The translations under genes were made by a program, and so were the position numbers. Below, piece after piece: positions 14,301-28,700 of a stretch of 56,986 nt of DNA. This stretch comes from Octopus bimaculoides (taxonomy: Eukaryota), in NCBI RefSeq assembly GCF_001194135.2, contig NC_068981.1, positions 40,560,905-40,617,890 on the forward strand, written 5' to 3'. A model generated the notes under the pieces. That model did not search any database, had not been told where the DNA came from, and saw nothing but the letters and a program-made list of their open reading frames with translations. The first letter of the stretch is position 1, and each line of letters opens with the position of its first letter.

Positions 14301-17094
14301 CAATACATCAGCAACCTTTAACTATCTATAAAGTAGGTACTAGTAGTTATCTTGTTCACAGTAAATGAAAGATGATCAACAGCTGAAATATTGATCAAAT
14401 GTCTTTTTGTATGAGATATCTCTGTGCACCTACTGTACACATGTAGAGCTGATTAATGCTATTCAACTGCAAGGATATGAACAACTATTTAGATAAAATT
14501 AAAATATCATTTTATAGTTGAACAATTCAACTTCATGCTGGTGGTTTTGATGTGTCTAACTTAATGACCTCAGTTTGAATCTTGTCTGAATTGATTTTGC
14601 TTTAATTTGTCTGGGTTTGATAAAATATATACCAGTAATATACTGGAACTGATTCAATCAACTCTACTCCTTCAAACCTCACAAATATTGGCCATGTTCA
14701 TTGTCTAATACAATCTATTTATATCATATGTGCATATATTTTTCTAATATTTGTTTCTCCTTTCCAGGCCCCAGTTACTTGTTCTTATGAAACCAGATGA
14801 AAATTTGAAACCAATGTATCCAAAACTAGCAACACTTGCAACTCAGTTAAAAGCTGGTAAATATATATACACATATTTCACTGTTTATCTTTGTTTTTCT
14901 TATTCATACACACACACACACTTTTCCCTTGCTATCAATTTAATTATCATCTTCTTTCTTCATACTTACATGTGTTAACTATCCCATATTACCTACATCA
15001 TCCATACAAGGGAGTACTGAAAAGTTCTTGGCTTTGGATAAAAGAAAATACAGGAGGATCACTTAATTATGATTTTATTCAACATCTTTCTCTCTCAGAT
15101 TCACACACTTATTGCAGCAGTCCTTCAGTTTTCCTAAGCCCTGTAAAAAAACTCAGAAGGTTAGGCCTCCAAACAGGCCTTTCACCATACCCTTAAAACT
15201 AGGAACTTTTCAGCATCTCCTCATATGTAATATAATGGTATGCATTAACATATAAACCACACAATTCTAGAGCATATATAAGTTATGTATTTAACAATTA
15301 AATACTCAGAGACATTATCCATATGAAAAACAACAGTTAGTGTTCACATATTTAAGTAAAAAATATGAAAAATTTAACTAGAAATAATTATGTACCAAAG
15401 ATAAAACAATATCAGCCTAAGACTAATATTCTATTTATTTATTTCCTGGGGTCAATTTGCTCGACTAAAGGCGGTGCTCCAGCATGGCCGCAGTCAAATG
15501 ACTGAAACAAATAAAAGAATATAATACACAACTTGGGATATGTTTCGGTCTTATTATGCTCTCATCAGTGGAACACAGACTTCACCCTACTTGTTGACAT
15601 AATGGTGATAGAATCACTTAGTAAATGTATAAGACTGTGCATGGTTTCACATAGAAAACTAGAATAGTTTAAAGAAAGATTTATTTAGAGCAGGGGTCAC
15701 CAGCCTTTTTTCACAGCAGGCCAGATAATTGAGAGAATGATAAGCACAGGCCACATAACCATTTTGTTTAATACAATACAGTAAATACACAAAAGAATAA
15801 AGACAGCCAACATATTTATTTACAAAAAATGTTATCAAGTTAGGTGACATTAATAATAAGATAGTTATATCACACCCAGTGTGCACATATCCAAATCTCA
15901 CAAACTAAGTAGCAAAAATGGTTAGTGGGATTTGTGAAACTGTTGTTTAGATTTTAAGATATCAATGTTTGCTTTGGAATTGTTGCATCCAACCAAGAGA
16001 ATTCCTTTCAAATGTTCATCAGTCAACCTCATTCAATGTGCTGACTTCACAGACATAAGTTGTTCCAAATACTGATGCCATATCAGGGACACTGGTTGAT
16101 ACTTCCTAGCAAATCGGTTTTCTCAGGAAACAAGTCATTTGTTGCTTCCATCATACATTCTTAGTTGAAGTTGCCATCAGTAAACTGTTTTCCTCACTCT
16201 GTCATCTTAAGCACTATTTTGTAACTTGTACAAGTGACAAATTCATTTTCAGCAAACATTCCCATGAAGAGAATGTTTAAACATGGCAATGCAAGTTAAA
16301 ACATGATCACTGCAGGAATGAACGCTCATTGTAGGTACACAAAAGATACAATGCAGCTGTGAGCTGGATGAACTGACCTCACGGGCTAGATTCGGCCTGT
16401 GGGCCATAGTCTGCTGACTCCTGATTTAGAGGATGCCAGCCAAATAAAAAACGATAGTGTTAACATATTTGCTGCAAAAGATTATTTCTCTTTAACTTTT
16501 GGCTCCTGACTGCATTAAATGTTTACACTATCTTAATTAAACTGTTGTTTTATAGTTTGATGGATATCTTGCAGTTGCTTAAAGCACTTAAAGGTTAATG
16601 CAAGTAGCTTAATATCACTTTATCTTCTCTTCCAAATTACAAAGCCAAATTGTAATTAATTGCATAATACCATTTAAAATTATAATTTAGACTTAAGTGA
16701 CTCTTTACTTAATTAGTACATAATCTTAATACATACTAATTAATTTTGTCTTTATGCAATTATTATTATTATTATTGTGAGGATGGCCTAGTGGTTAGGG
16801 TGTTGTACTCACAATTGTGAGATTGTGGTTTCAATTCCCAGACCAGGTGATGCGTTGTGTTCTTAAGCAAAACACTTCATCTCCCATTGTTTCTGCAATC
16901 ACTTCGACACTTGATATGTGGTACACCGTGCACCTGTTCGGGCAACATCGATTTGATGGAGGGAGTGAGCTAATGCACAGCACATACATTTGATTACTAC
17001 AAAGAAAATCATTTGTACAAGTCATTCTACAAAAGCTGAACACTCATATGTCATCTTCGACAGGAGAGTCCATCTTGATTATTATTATTATTAT

Positions 17095-17144
<50 letters not shown>

Positions 17145-19703
17145 AGGTGATGAGCTAGCAGAATCATTAGCACACCAAGTAAAATGCTCAAACACTGGGG
17201 TCGATGTAATTGATTTATCCTCTCCCCTGCAACTGCTTGCCTTGTGCCCAAAATTTGTAATTATTATTATTATTATCATTATTATTATTATTATTATGGC
17301 AGCGAGCTGGCAGAATCGTTAGTATGCTGAATGAAATGCTTAGTAGTATTTTGCCTGTCACTATGTTCTGAGTTCAAATTCCGCCACGGTCGACTTTGTC
17401 TTTCATCCTTTCGGGTTCGATAGATTAAGTACCAGTGAAACACTGTAATCGACTAGTCCCCTCCCCACAAATGTGAGACCTTATGCCTCCACTAGAAAGG
17501 ATTATTATTATCATTATTATTGTTTCAATTGTGTGACAGGTACTGATTAGATTACCTGAATGTGGACTCATCTAGATCGTATCTAGATAGGGTATTTTGT
17601 AGTCCAGTGGACAAGGATAGCATAGGGTGGCACGTAAAATACACCATTTCAAGCGTGACCACTGCCAATACCTCCTAACTGGCCTTCGTGCCAGTGGCAC
17701 GTAAAAACACCCACTACACTCTTGGAGTGGTTGGCGTTAGGAAGGGAATCCCGCTGTAGAAACTCTGCCAAATCAGATTGGAGCCTGGTGTAGCCATCTA
17801 GTTCACCAGTCCTCAGTCAAATCGTCCAACCCATGCTAGCATGGAAAGCGGATGTTAAACGATGATGATGATGATGATGATGAAGTTCCAGAGGAGTGAG
17901 ATGTGGTCATTTTCAAGCACTGAAAGTGGTTTGTGTTCCCACTAGTCTTTATCATGAGGTAGACCCAAGTCTTTGCAAATTACCAAGTGAATATACTGTG
18001 CAGTTCTATCATGTTTGTTGAGATACTCTGTATGCACAATAGCAATCACATAACTGCTTTTTCCACTTCCCTACTAATAAGTTAAAGAAGGGTGGACCAT
18101 GTGAATTCTCTTATTAACTTCACTCTTAGATCACCCTGGGTAACAACTGGTTTGATTTCTCTGGGATATTCTTCATGAAAGCAACAGAATATCCACGACC
18201 CTAAACTATTAGTTATATACCATGCAGATACCATGTTGCTAGAAAAATATACAGTTTCCATCCAATCCATGTTTTGTTTTGTAACTGTTAACTTTTACCT
18301 TTTCTGAAAACCATTAACTTTGTCAATTATACCTATCTTGGAGGGCCTGTCAAAGGCAATGGGCACAGTACTTTTTTCTGGACCAAAAGCCAATAAAAAT
18401 TAATAAACATAAATAAATAAATCCCCACCTTAATGTTCTTTTCATCCCACTTGCATTGACACAGGATATAAATACCTGAACTAGATATATTCTGGTATTT
18501 GATTTAAACTTTTTTAGACACCTGTTTGACTTGCACTACAGACAACCCAGAATGTATAGCATTAGTGAATGGGATCAAATAAAATTTACCCAATGTCATA
18601 CAACAGAAATCAATATATTCTAAGCATCATTGATAATGAAAAGCATTTTCTTTGAGTATTCTTAATATGTAATGTTTCCTTGTGAATTATTACTTTTTAT
18701 ACTACATTTTTTTTCTTTTAATCACTGCTAAAAAAAATAATATTGAAAATTTTAAAACTTCTATGTAATATCTAATGAACAAATTATTAAATTTACTATA
18801 TATATTCAACATTTTTAATTATTATTTAGGTAAAGGACTGATTCTAGTCTCCAGTGTACTTGAAGGAGATTTTAGAAAAACATTTGCTAAATCTCAAGCT
18901 GCTAAACAAGTAAGTTTATTTCAGAATCTTTACATTTAACCATTTTGATACCAACCTACCTGAGGCTAGTGGAGGCGCAATGGCCCAGTGATTAGGGCAG
19001 CGGACTCGCAGTTGTAGGATCAGGGTTTCGATTCCCAGGCCGGGCGTTGTGAGTGTTTATTGAGTGAAAACACCTAAAGCTCCACGAGGCTCCAGCGGGG
19101 GATTGTGGCAAACCCTGCTGTATTCTTTCACCACAACTTTCTCTCACTCTATCTTCGTGTTTCTGTTGTACCTGTATTTCAAAGGGCCAGCCTTGTCACA
19201 CTCTGTCATGCTGAATCTCCCCCAAGAACTACATTAAGGGTACACGTGTCTGTGGAGTGCTCAGCCATTTGCACGTTAATTTCACGAGCAGGCTGTTCCG
19301 CTGATCGGATCAATTGCAACCCTCGTCGTCGTAACCTGAGGCTATCCTTGGCTGAATGATACAAACTTCCTGCTTTTAAGACCTTCTATCAAAATTTTAT
19401 GTCACTTTATGTTCCAAAAACTAATTCAGTAATAAAGTTATTTTACTAAATTCTGCATTAATTTCAATATTAATTGAAACAAAGATAGTATTTTTCAACA
19501 GAAATATCATAACAAAAAGGTTAAAGCAACTGCATTTGATATTTGACATTATAAGTACCAATTTGAGATGGAAAAGTACAGAAGTTCATAGATAAGACAT
19601 GAATTATGTATCTATTGCTAATTGGGTACACACCATTGATACACAGCTGGAATCTTGGTAGTAAGCTTGTTGCCCTTTATGAGGGCGCGCACACACACAC
19701 ACA

Positions 19704-19734
<31 letters not shown>

Positions 19735-22700
19735 TCACACACACACTCACTCACACACATGCATATACAACGGGCATCTTTCAGTTTCTGTCCACCAATT
19801 CTGCTCACATGGTTTTAGAAGCAATTTGACTGAACCCAAGACCACATGATTGAAAAGCAAGCTCTTTAACCACACAACCACATCTGTGCCTTATATATAT
19901 ATATATATATATATTTCATGCACATATATATATATATATGTATGTTTGCATGCATATGTATCTATGTGGAAGTTTACTTTTAACTAAATATTTCTCCATG
20001 GAACAAAACCAAATTCTAACTCATTTAGTCTAATCATTTTCCTAAGTAGTTACAAAATGAAGTGTGCTAGATACTCTTTTAGAGCAAAGCATGGCTTAAG
20101 TTTATCATTTCTCACTCATAAACCCCAGTCAGCTGGTGGGAGAATGGTACAAGTTCTCCTATACAGTTTTGTCATCAGAGATTCAGGATATGTAGTAATG
20201 CAAGATCATAAGCTCTGAGAAGGAGATGTGAGATCTGATTGGATGTGATCCAGGATGTCCTCATATGAAAAGTGAGAAGTGCAAGGATTGGTCACCAGTT
20301 TCAGCATAATGGAAGGAATAATCCTTTTGTGACCATATTTGTATTGAAATATTCACATCATCATCATTTGTTTTCCATGCTGGCATGGGTTAAATGGTTT
20401 CATAAGATCTGACAAGGCCAGGAACCGCACCGGGATCCATAGTATGTTTGGGCTTGAATTCTACAGCTGGATGCCCTTCCTAATGCCAACCACTTTATAG
20501 AGTGTACTGGATGCTTTTTATGTAGCACCAGTGCTACTGCTTTTTACATGGCACCAGCACCAGTACTTTAATGTGGCACCATCATCAGTGCTTTTGATGT
20601 GGCCAGTGTTTTCACTCAGACAGAGAGGCCTTTGGTTGCCAGTAGAGGTAAAAGCTGTCTGAACTCATTCCATCCTATTCTTATTCCAGTAATAACACTT
20701 TCAGTACATCCTCCTCCACTTCTAACTAGGTCACCTAGGTAGCAGAAATTACCTATTACTTCCAGGGAACCTCCAGGACATTTGAGGAAATCAATTTCCT
20801 GTGTATCTGTAGTTTTTATGGCTCCTGTGCATCTTCAGCATACAAATGCTACTTTCTCTGTTAACCTTCTTACTATTTCACTATACCCCTTTTGTATTAG
20901 AGCATGCACTGGGTACACTGAATGGAACTCCTACATACACTTTTCCTACATATCAAGCAGGGTCATTTACCTGAAGTGGGTGGGGTCCTGTCTGTTTTCT
21001 TGTTTACTAGGATCTTGGTCTTTGCTAAGTTAACTTTAAGACCCTTTGATTCCAGATTGTTTCCACACCTGGAATTTCTTTTCTAGTTTTATTATAGATT
21101 CTGCTATGAGGGCAAGATCATCAGTATATAGTAGTTTCCATGGGCTTCCAAATGCAGAACGAGCTGAGTACACTGCGATAATATATAACTCTAAATTATC
21201 ATCATCATCATCATCATAGTATATATATATATGCATAAGTATACACATGTACACATAAATGCACACATGAAAATGCATTACATGTAAAACATGCATGTGG
21301 GTCCCACAGGATACTTATGTGCGTACATGTACCACGTACTCAAAAAAACAGTTCTCAGATTCTATTATCATCATTTGTAATATCTAATATACGTAAACAC
21401 ACACACACACACACTCACATAATTAAGTGCACAAAAAGTAATGAAGAATTTTGTGGCATTTAATAAATCAACTAACTTTTCATTGTTGAGCTGGTATTTG
21501 GAACCTAACTTCACATTAGGTTTTTAAATAAATTATGGAAAATTTTAATTTACATATGAGAGATGTCCTGAAGGCAATTTCCAACATGTTATGAAAAGGT
21601 TTAAGTGGTCATTTGACTACAATTACAATAACTTTAACAAATTAGCCAATTTTTCCCATGTCTCATTTCTGTTTTTGTTTTTTTTTTTTTGTTAATTATT
21701 GTTCCTTTTATGTTTTATTTCTTTATAGGCACTTGATCATTTGATGGATACAGAAAATATTAAAGGTTTTGCAGATGTATTAGTGGCAAAAAGTGTGATT
21801 GAGGGGTTATGTCACCTGTGAGTACCCTTATAGACTTCAAATTAGAACATAAATTAATATCTTTTTATACCTTTATTTTAATTTTTTTTTTTCTTTCATC
21901 ACCTTCATCAACATTTAACATCCATTTTCTATGCTGGCATGGGTTGGGTAGCTTGACAAGAACTGGCAAGGCCAGGGGCTGTGCCAGGTTCTATAGTCTG
22001 ATTTGGCTTAGTTTCTACAGCTGAATGCCTTTCTTAATGCCAATCACTCCACAGAGTGTACTTGGTGCTTTTTACATGGCACCAGCACCACCACCAATGC
22101 TTATGTGGCACCTTAGTTTTAGGATTTCAGTTCTGTTGTGGTTGGCAGGTCTTTTCAAGTACAGCAATGTGCCACATATCTCAGTCCTCTGTCATCTCCT
22201 TCATAAGACTCAATGTTTTGAGATTGGTCTTTAATACTTTGTCCCTGTCTTTCACAACTTCCCTCCACTTTATGTGAGTGGTGCTTCTTAATGCACCTAT
22301 CCTCATCTATCCATATCACATGACCATATCACTGCAGTCTTCTCTCTTGCACATTGCATATAGTTCCTCTTATGCCCAACTTCTCTCCCAATACACCACA
22401 CTTGTGAAGGTGCATGACTCAGTGGTTAGAGCATTAGGCTCACAAGCATGAGGTAGTGAGTTTGATTCCGTGACCAGGCTATGTGTTGTGTTCATGAGCA
22501 AGACACTTTATTTCACATTGCTCCAGTTCACTTAGCTGTAGGAATTAGTTGCAGCATTACTGGAGCCTATGTGTATCAACATTTGCCTTTCCTTTGGATA
22601 ACATCGGTGGTATGGAGAGGGGAAGCTGGTATGCATGGGCAACTGCTGGTCTTCCATAAACAACCTTGCCCAGACATGTGCCTTCGAAGGGAACTTTCTA

Positions 22701-25700
22701 GGTGCAATCCCATGGTTAGTCATGACTGCAGTGAGACTTTACCCTTGTTGCACACTGACATTGCACATCCAGTGAAACATACTAGCTTCCTGAAAATAGT
22801 CTCTGAACATAACTTGACAACACTTTAGTCACTATCGTCACTATCTGCAACCACACCAACATGTAGGCACTAAGCATCTCACTGAAATATATCACACAAT
22901 AATTGTCCTCTATTCACTGGCTAAAATTATCAGAAACTTGACAAAAGTAAATGGAGACATTCTGACACCACACCCTTCATGTCATAAAAGTATTTCCTCA
23001 TAGCTGAGGTTTCTTCAACATCTGCTGATAGAGGAAACTTTCTTTTTTTTTTTTTTTTAGAAAATGCAACTGTACCCAACACAAGAATATCATCATCATC
23101 ATCATCTTATAACGTCTGTTTTCCATGCTGGCATGGATTGGACTGTTTGACTGGAGCTGGCAAAATGGAGAGCTGCTCCAGGTTCCAGTCTGAGTTGGTT
23201 TGGACTCTATGGCTGGATGCCCTTCTTAATGCCAACCTCTTTACAGTGAGTGCTGGGTGCTTTTAATGTGGCACCACATGAGCATTTTTATGTGACACTG
23301 GCATGAGTACTTTTTATATGGCACTGGCACAGGACACTTGCAGGTCAATCCTCCTCACCAAGGAGAGCAACCTTATCACATTCCCCCCACACTTTGTATG
23401 TAAACTCAGCAATGATATTAGACAGGTTTTAAATGTCATTTCAAAAGCTTTCATTAATATCATCACAATCATCATTTCATGTTCACTTTCTATACTGGCA
23501 TATGCTATATGGTTCAACAGGATCCAATCTTACAAGCCTCTTGTCCACTTCTGGTTTTCTCAATGATCACCAGATAACAGAACAACAGACTTTCTAAATG
23601 TTGACAAATGCCAAGTACAGTGATTTACTCTAAGCTAAATACTTCTGCAGTAGCGTCACTAAGAAGATGGCATCAGCAGTATTTCTTCCTGTATTTTTCC
23701 ATAACTTTCATAACTGGACACAGAAATTTGATACTCCTAAAATTACATCTTTCTCTACTCTTGTAGTAATTGATTATGATTCTGCTATGCCAGTCAATGG
23801 GCATGACATCTTACTGTATTACCTGAATGACTGACTGTAAAATGACGAAGTCATAATCTAGATATTTTTAAGTTTTCACTTGTATTTATGTTTTAGTCAG
23901 AAGAGGAAGGCCATTCGTTTTTAGGGTCCCCAAGAACTGGTAGAAGGGAAAGAGAGAGGAAGTTCTTCTCAGACCAAAGGCCTGGTTCAGATGTATGCAA
24001 AAGTGTACACTCTTCTAAAGGCACCTAAGAGCCAAGTGGTAGTGTTTAACTGGCCAACCATTTATGAGGTGCATTCAAGAAGTATTTGAATTTATGATTT
24101 CCCACCAAAACTAATGCCATGTGGGCAAAATCTTAGGAGGACAAATGCATGGAAATTTTTGCACTGGTGGGCCATGTCAGTTCCCAGCTGCTAGCCCTAG
24201 TGTACAGACATGTAGTGTGCGTCCATTGGATTTTCATTCTAGAGGTTTTACCAGCAGTGACAGAACTGCTGAGAAAAGTGTGTGAACTCCTAAAGGGAGT
24301 ATTTTGAAGGTGATTAAATAAAATTTGTCTTTTTTTATACCCAAAGGTCAGATGCTTTTTGAACTCACTTCATGCAACACTTCCAGTCTCTATTACTATG
24401 GCTCTTTCGTATTTAAAATCATTCTCTACTATTACCAGACCTCTGTCCATCTTCCCTGATGTATTTCATTTCCTACACAATGTTATAAGTAATGTATTTA
24501 AGTACTATAGTACTTAATGTTGATCTATCATAAAAACTTCAATTAACCATAATTATATCCATATTGAGGGAAAACATTGTTGAACAATGCTTAAGTACTT
24601 TACACAATTGTTTTTTGCCGGAATTGCAACTCTTAAAATCTCCCTACTTATAATTTCCCTACAGCCAACAATCTGCAACTGTTGAAAATTAATATTAATG
24701 AGACTACTCCACCCAAGTTATCCTTTTTCTGATAAGAGCCTTGAGTAGCTCAAGCTATTGTCCAGGTTTAGACAGAGATAGATACATGACACACACCACA
24801 AGAAAGATGAAGCAGTCAGTTATAAAAAAACTGCATAACTACTTTCTTGGTATATCATTGCTTTGACTTAGTATCCAGCTGACGATGACTTAGTTTTTCA
24901 GTGAATTCATAAAATATGTGCTAATGTTTTTCAAAGGTTGTATCAATTGTAACTCTTTCTCCTACAAAAATACCCATGCATGTAGCCAAAACATATTAGA
25001 TGCATGCTCACACATATGCATTTACTCTATTGTTCATTTGTTCATTTTATACCTGTTCTCCATGCTAGCATGGCTTCAATCATCAGCGTTGTTTAACATC
25101 CGCTTTCCATGCTAGCATGGGTTGGACAATTTGACTGAGGACTGGTGAAACCAGATGGCTACACCAGGCTCCAATCTGATTTGGCGGAGTTTCTACAGCT
25201 GGATGCCCTTCCTAATGTCAACCACTCCAAGAGTGTAGTGGGTGCTTTTACGTGCCACTGGCACGAAGGCCAATCAGGCAGTACTGGCAACGGCCACGCT
25301 CAAAATGGTGTATTTTACGTGCCACCTGCACAGGAGCCAGTTCGGCGGCACTGGCAACGATCTTGCTCGAATGTCTTTACACGTGCCATCTGGCACAAGT
25401 GCCAGGAAGGCAATGCTGGGCACAGGTGCCATGACTGTTTCGCTTCAATGAAGACATTCTTCCAGTTACTGACTCTTACTTAGTTTACAAGTAAGGAATA
25501 CCTTATTCACCACATCTTGAGATGTATGTATAATGCCACTGGATGATCCAATGATAGGAGAAATAACAGTAACATCACAATTCACTGCAGAACAATATTT
25601 GGAGAACCCCAATTATGCACATACACACATAACCACTGTACACGTGTATATACACACACACACATACTGTGCTTCTTTCAGTTTTTGTCTGCCTCAAACT

Positions 25701-28700
25701 ACATGATTGGGAAGTGAACTTCTTAACTACACACCCATACCAGCATCATATTACATGTGTGTGAGTGTGCAAGATAAAAAGGTAGTTATTAAAGTATTAA
25801 TTAGATTTATAGCTGATACAATGCCCATGTGTTTAAGCTCAGCCATCATTGACTTTGACACAACTGTAGGTGAGTCAAAGCACTTTATTTAGTTCAGTTA
25901 ATTTATGCTTTTATTAATTAACTATTAAATAGTTGGCATTAATTAAGAACAACATTTAGTTGTAATAACAAGCTGTAATAAATGTTATAGCATTATTTAC
26001 ATGTGACAGATATATGATATTAAACAATCAACTAAGAAATTAGAACCAACCTACAGGCAACCGTTATGCATATATTTCTTTAAAATTTACCTGCAAACTT
26101 TTCATTTTTAAGTAACACAATTTTTCGTGCTACTTTTTATGAAATTGTACTGGCAACTCCTGTTACATATGAAACTCATTCATAAGATATTAAAAGTTCT
26201 TCTGCTTTTTGTTTTTCTCTTGTCTTTTTTAATACCAAACAGTATTTTTACATCTTATATTCAAATTTAGTGAACAATGCTAGAGTAATTTAAAAACTGA
26301 ATGACAAAAAATATTTTCAATGGTGTGTATGTGTGTGTGTGTATGTGTGTTATATTAAGTAAAAATGAAAGAAATCTAAGATAATTTCTTGCAGTTGAAA
26401 TAATCCAAACATTTCAATGTTTACAATTTTACAGAACCCAAACAGCTGGCCTCGGTGGTTTGAAACATAACACAATTATGATCGGATGGCCCTATGGATG
26501 GAGACATAGTCCTGAGCAGAAGAGCTACAGGGTCTTTATAGGTAAACCAATTAATCTCAAAATAATTACTACTGTGATGTCTTGGCTCTTTTATTTTGAA
26601 AACTTTATTACCTTGCTTCTGATGGTTGGCATCAGAAAGGATGATCAGTTTTAAAAATCACTGCCTCATCTGATCCATGCAAGCATGGAAAAGTATACAT
26701 GAAAACAGTGGTGCTGATGGACTTCCTCATATTTAAGAGGATTGTATACATCTCCTTTCTTGCCTTCTTAACTGTCTGTGAGGTTATTATTATCATTATT
26801 ATTAATACCCCACCACTTTATATCTGTCTCTGTATTGTCCCCTCATCCTTCGCCCTTGCGGCAAATAAATGAAATCATTATTGTAATTATTATTATTATT
26901 ATTATTATTATTATAGACGTCGCACAGTATACAATATCATGAGGTTGTTAATTGAAGATATTGTACTGCTTGTCAAGTCACAACAAGGACCTCAGACAGA
27001 CAGTACTTTATGCAATATGTGTGCAGTTCCAAGCATGCCAGGCAAAAAGCTTAGCAGCATTTCATCCATCTTTATATTCTGAGTTCAAATTCTGCTGAGG
27101 TCACCTTTGCCTTTCATCCTTTCAGGATTGATAAATTAAGACTAGCGAAACACTAATGTCACTGTGATCAACTAGTTCCCTACCCCCAAATTTCAGGCTT
27201 TGTGCCTATAGTATAAAGGTTAATTATCATTATTCATTAATCATATGTCACATGTTACTCTCATCTATCTGAATATATGATAGCTTTAGTTACATATGTT
27301 AGTCTTGTATCTATTTTCAAACATAGGCCTTTGCTAAACTTTTGGTTCATGGATGATATATTTATGTCCCATCCAAACTATTATCTTGTCCTAGTGACTT
27401 TAATATTTATCACTACTCTCATAGTTAAGAATATAATTGATATTGTGTTACCATTACTTGCATGAAGAAACATAATAAAAATTTCTGCCAAATAAAATTA
27501 TAAATTCATACTCATCAACTCTCAATGATGTTGAAGTAGATACTAAGACAAGAGTCTGACAACTGGATTAACAAAGGTCCTTAATTATGCATTTAAGGGA
27601 TTTCTAATACACAGCTATCAACTATACACTGTTTAATCTTTTTTAATTACCAGTTTTCGTTATATGACTGTCGCAACATAACTGATGACTACATCAAACT
27701 AGAACTCGCCACACTTCAGAAAATATCCTCTGCCATCTCGTGTTATTCACTCCACAATTTTTATCATCTTCTGTGTCTCTCTCTTAAATGTGTCCTACAC
27801 ATCTGGTTTTAGCAAGCCCATGCTATCTTTATTCCTGTTCATATTATATTTGTCTTGATCTTTAAACATATGTTGATGACTATCATGTATGAAGATATGA
27901 TAAAAGTGTCCTTTTGAGTTGTGTCTTAAATGTGAATACTAATTTAATACGATAAAAAAAACTGGTTATAAACATTTATTCAGTTATCAACAAACATTTT
28001 TCTTTTAAAATTTCTTTTTGGCTTAAATGTAATTATGTTTTTTTATATTTCTTTATAGACACCATCAGGAATGTTGCTGGTGCCCAGTTGGCCTTAATGG
28101 CTGTAAAAGGCATTAACCAGTTCCCAGATAACACGCAAAAACTTACCGGAACCATAGATGTCTGGTGGATTGTTCATATCCTTGAAATTGAATTAATAAT
28201 GTATAGAATTAATTGAACTAACACCTTTATCAAAGTACAAAAATACATCCGTATAAGTTAGAAATACTTCCAGCTTGAATAATTATATCTAAAAATCTTA
28301 ATTTTATTTTATCTAATTTTTTTTTTTTTTTGCATGTTTAGACAGATGTAAAAGGAAGTAAATTTTCCATTGTGTTAAAGCAATCAGAAAATATTTTTAA
28401 CATCATAACCTATAGATATCCTTATCTATATAGTTTAGATCCATCTAGAAGATTTACGTCTCCCTACTGACCACTAGCATACCAATATTTGCATAATAGC
28501 AATTAAAGCTGTTGATATCTTGAGCTCAATGGAAGTTCAGTGATTACTTTGGGTAAAATAAACATGCATATGTGTTTATACATCTACATGTTTAATCTCC
28601 AATTGATATAAGATGGCTGATAATGATTATAATAAAAGGTCAGAATTTTCAACATATAACTGGAATGTACGAGTGATAAAAAAATGTACCCAAGAATTCA

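Noticed and set aside
18969-19040. tRNA-like heads with A and B boxes
   Set aside because: They are the 5' parts of TSD-flanked SINEs, not tRNA genes
24729-24765. CTGATAA-GAGC-cttgagta-GCTC-AAGC, a possible decayed hammerhead
   Set aside because: Both core boxes are mutated; it is equally explained as a chance short hairpin
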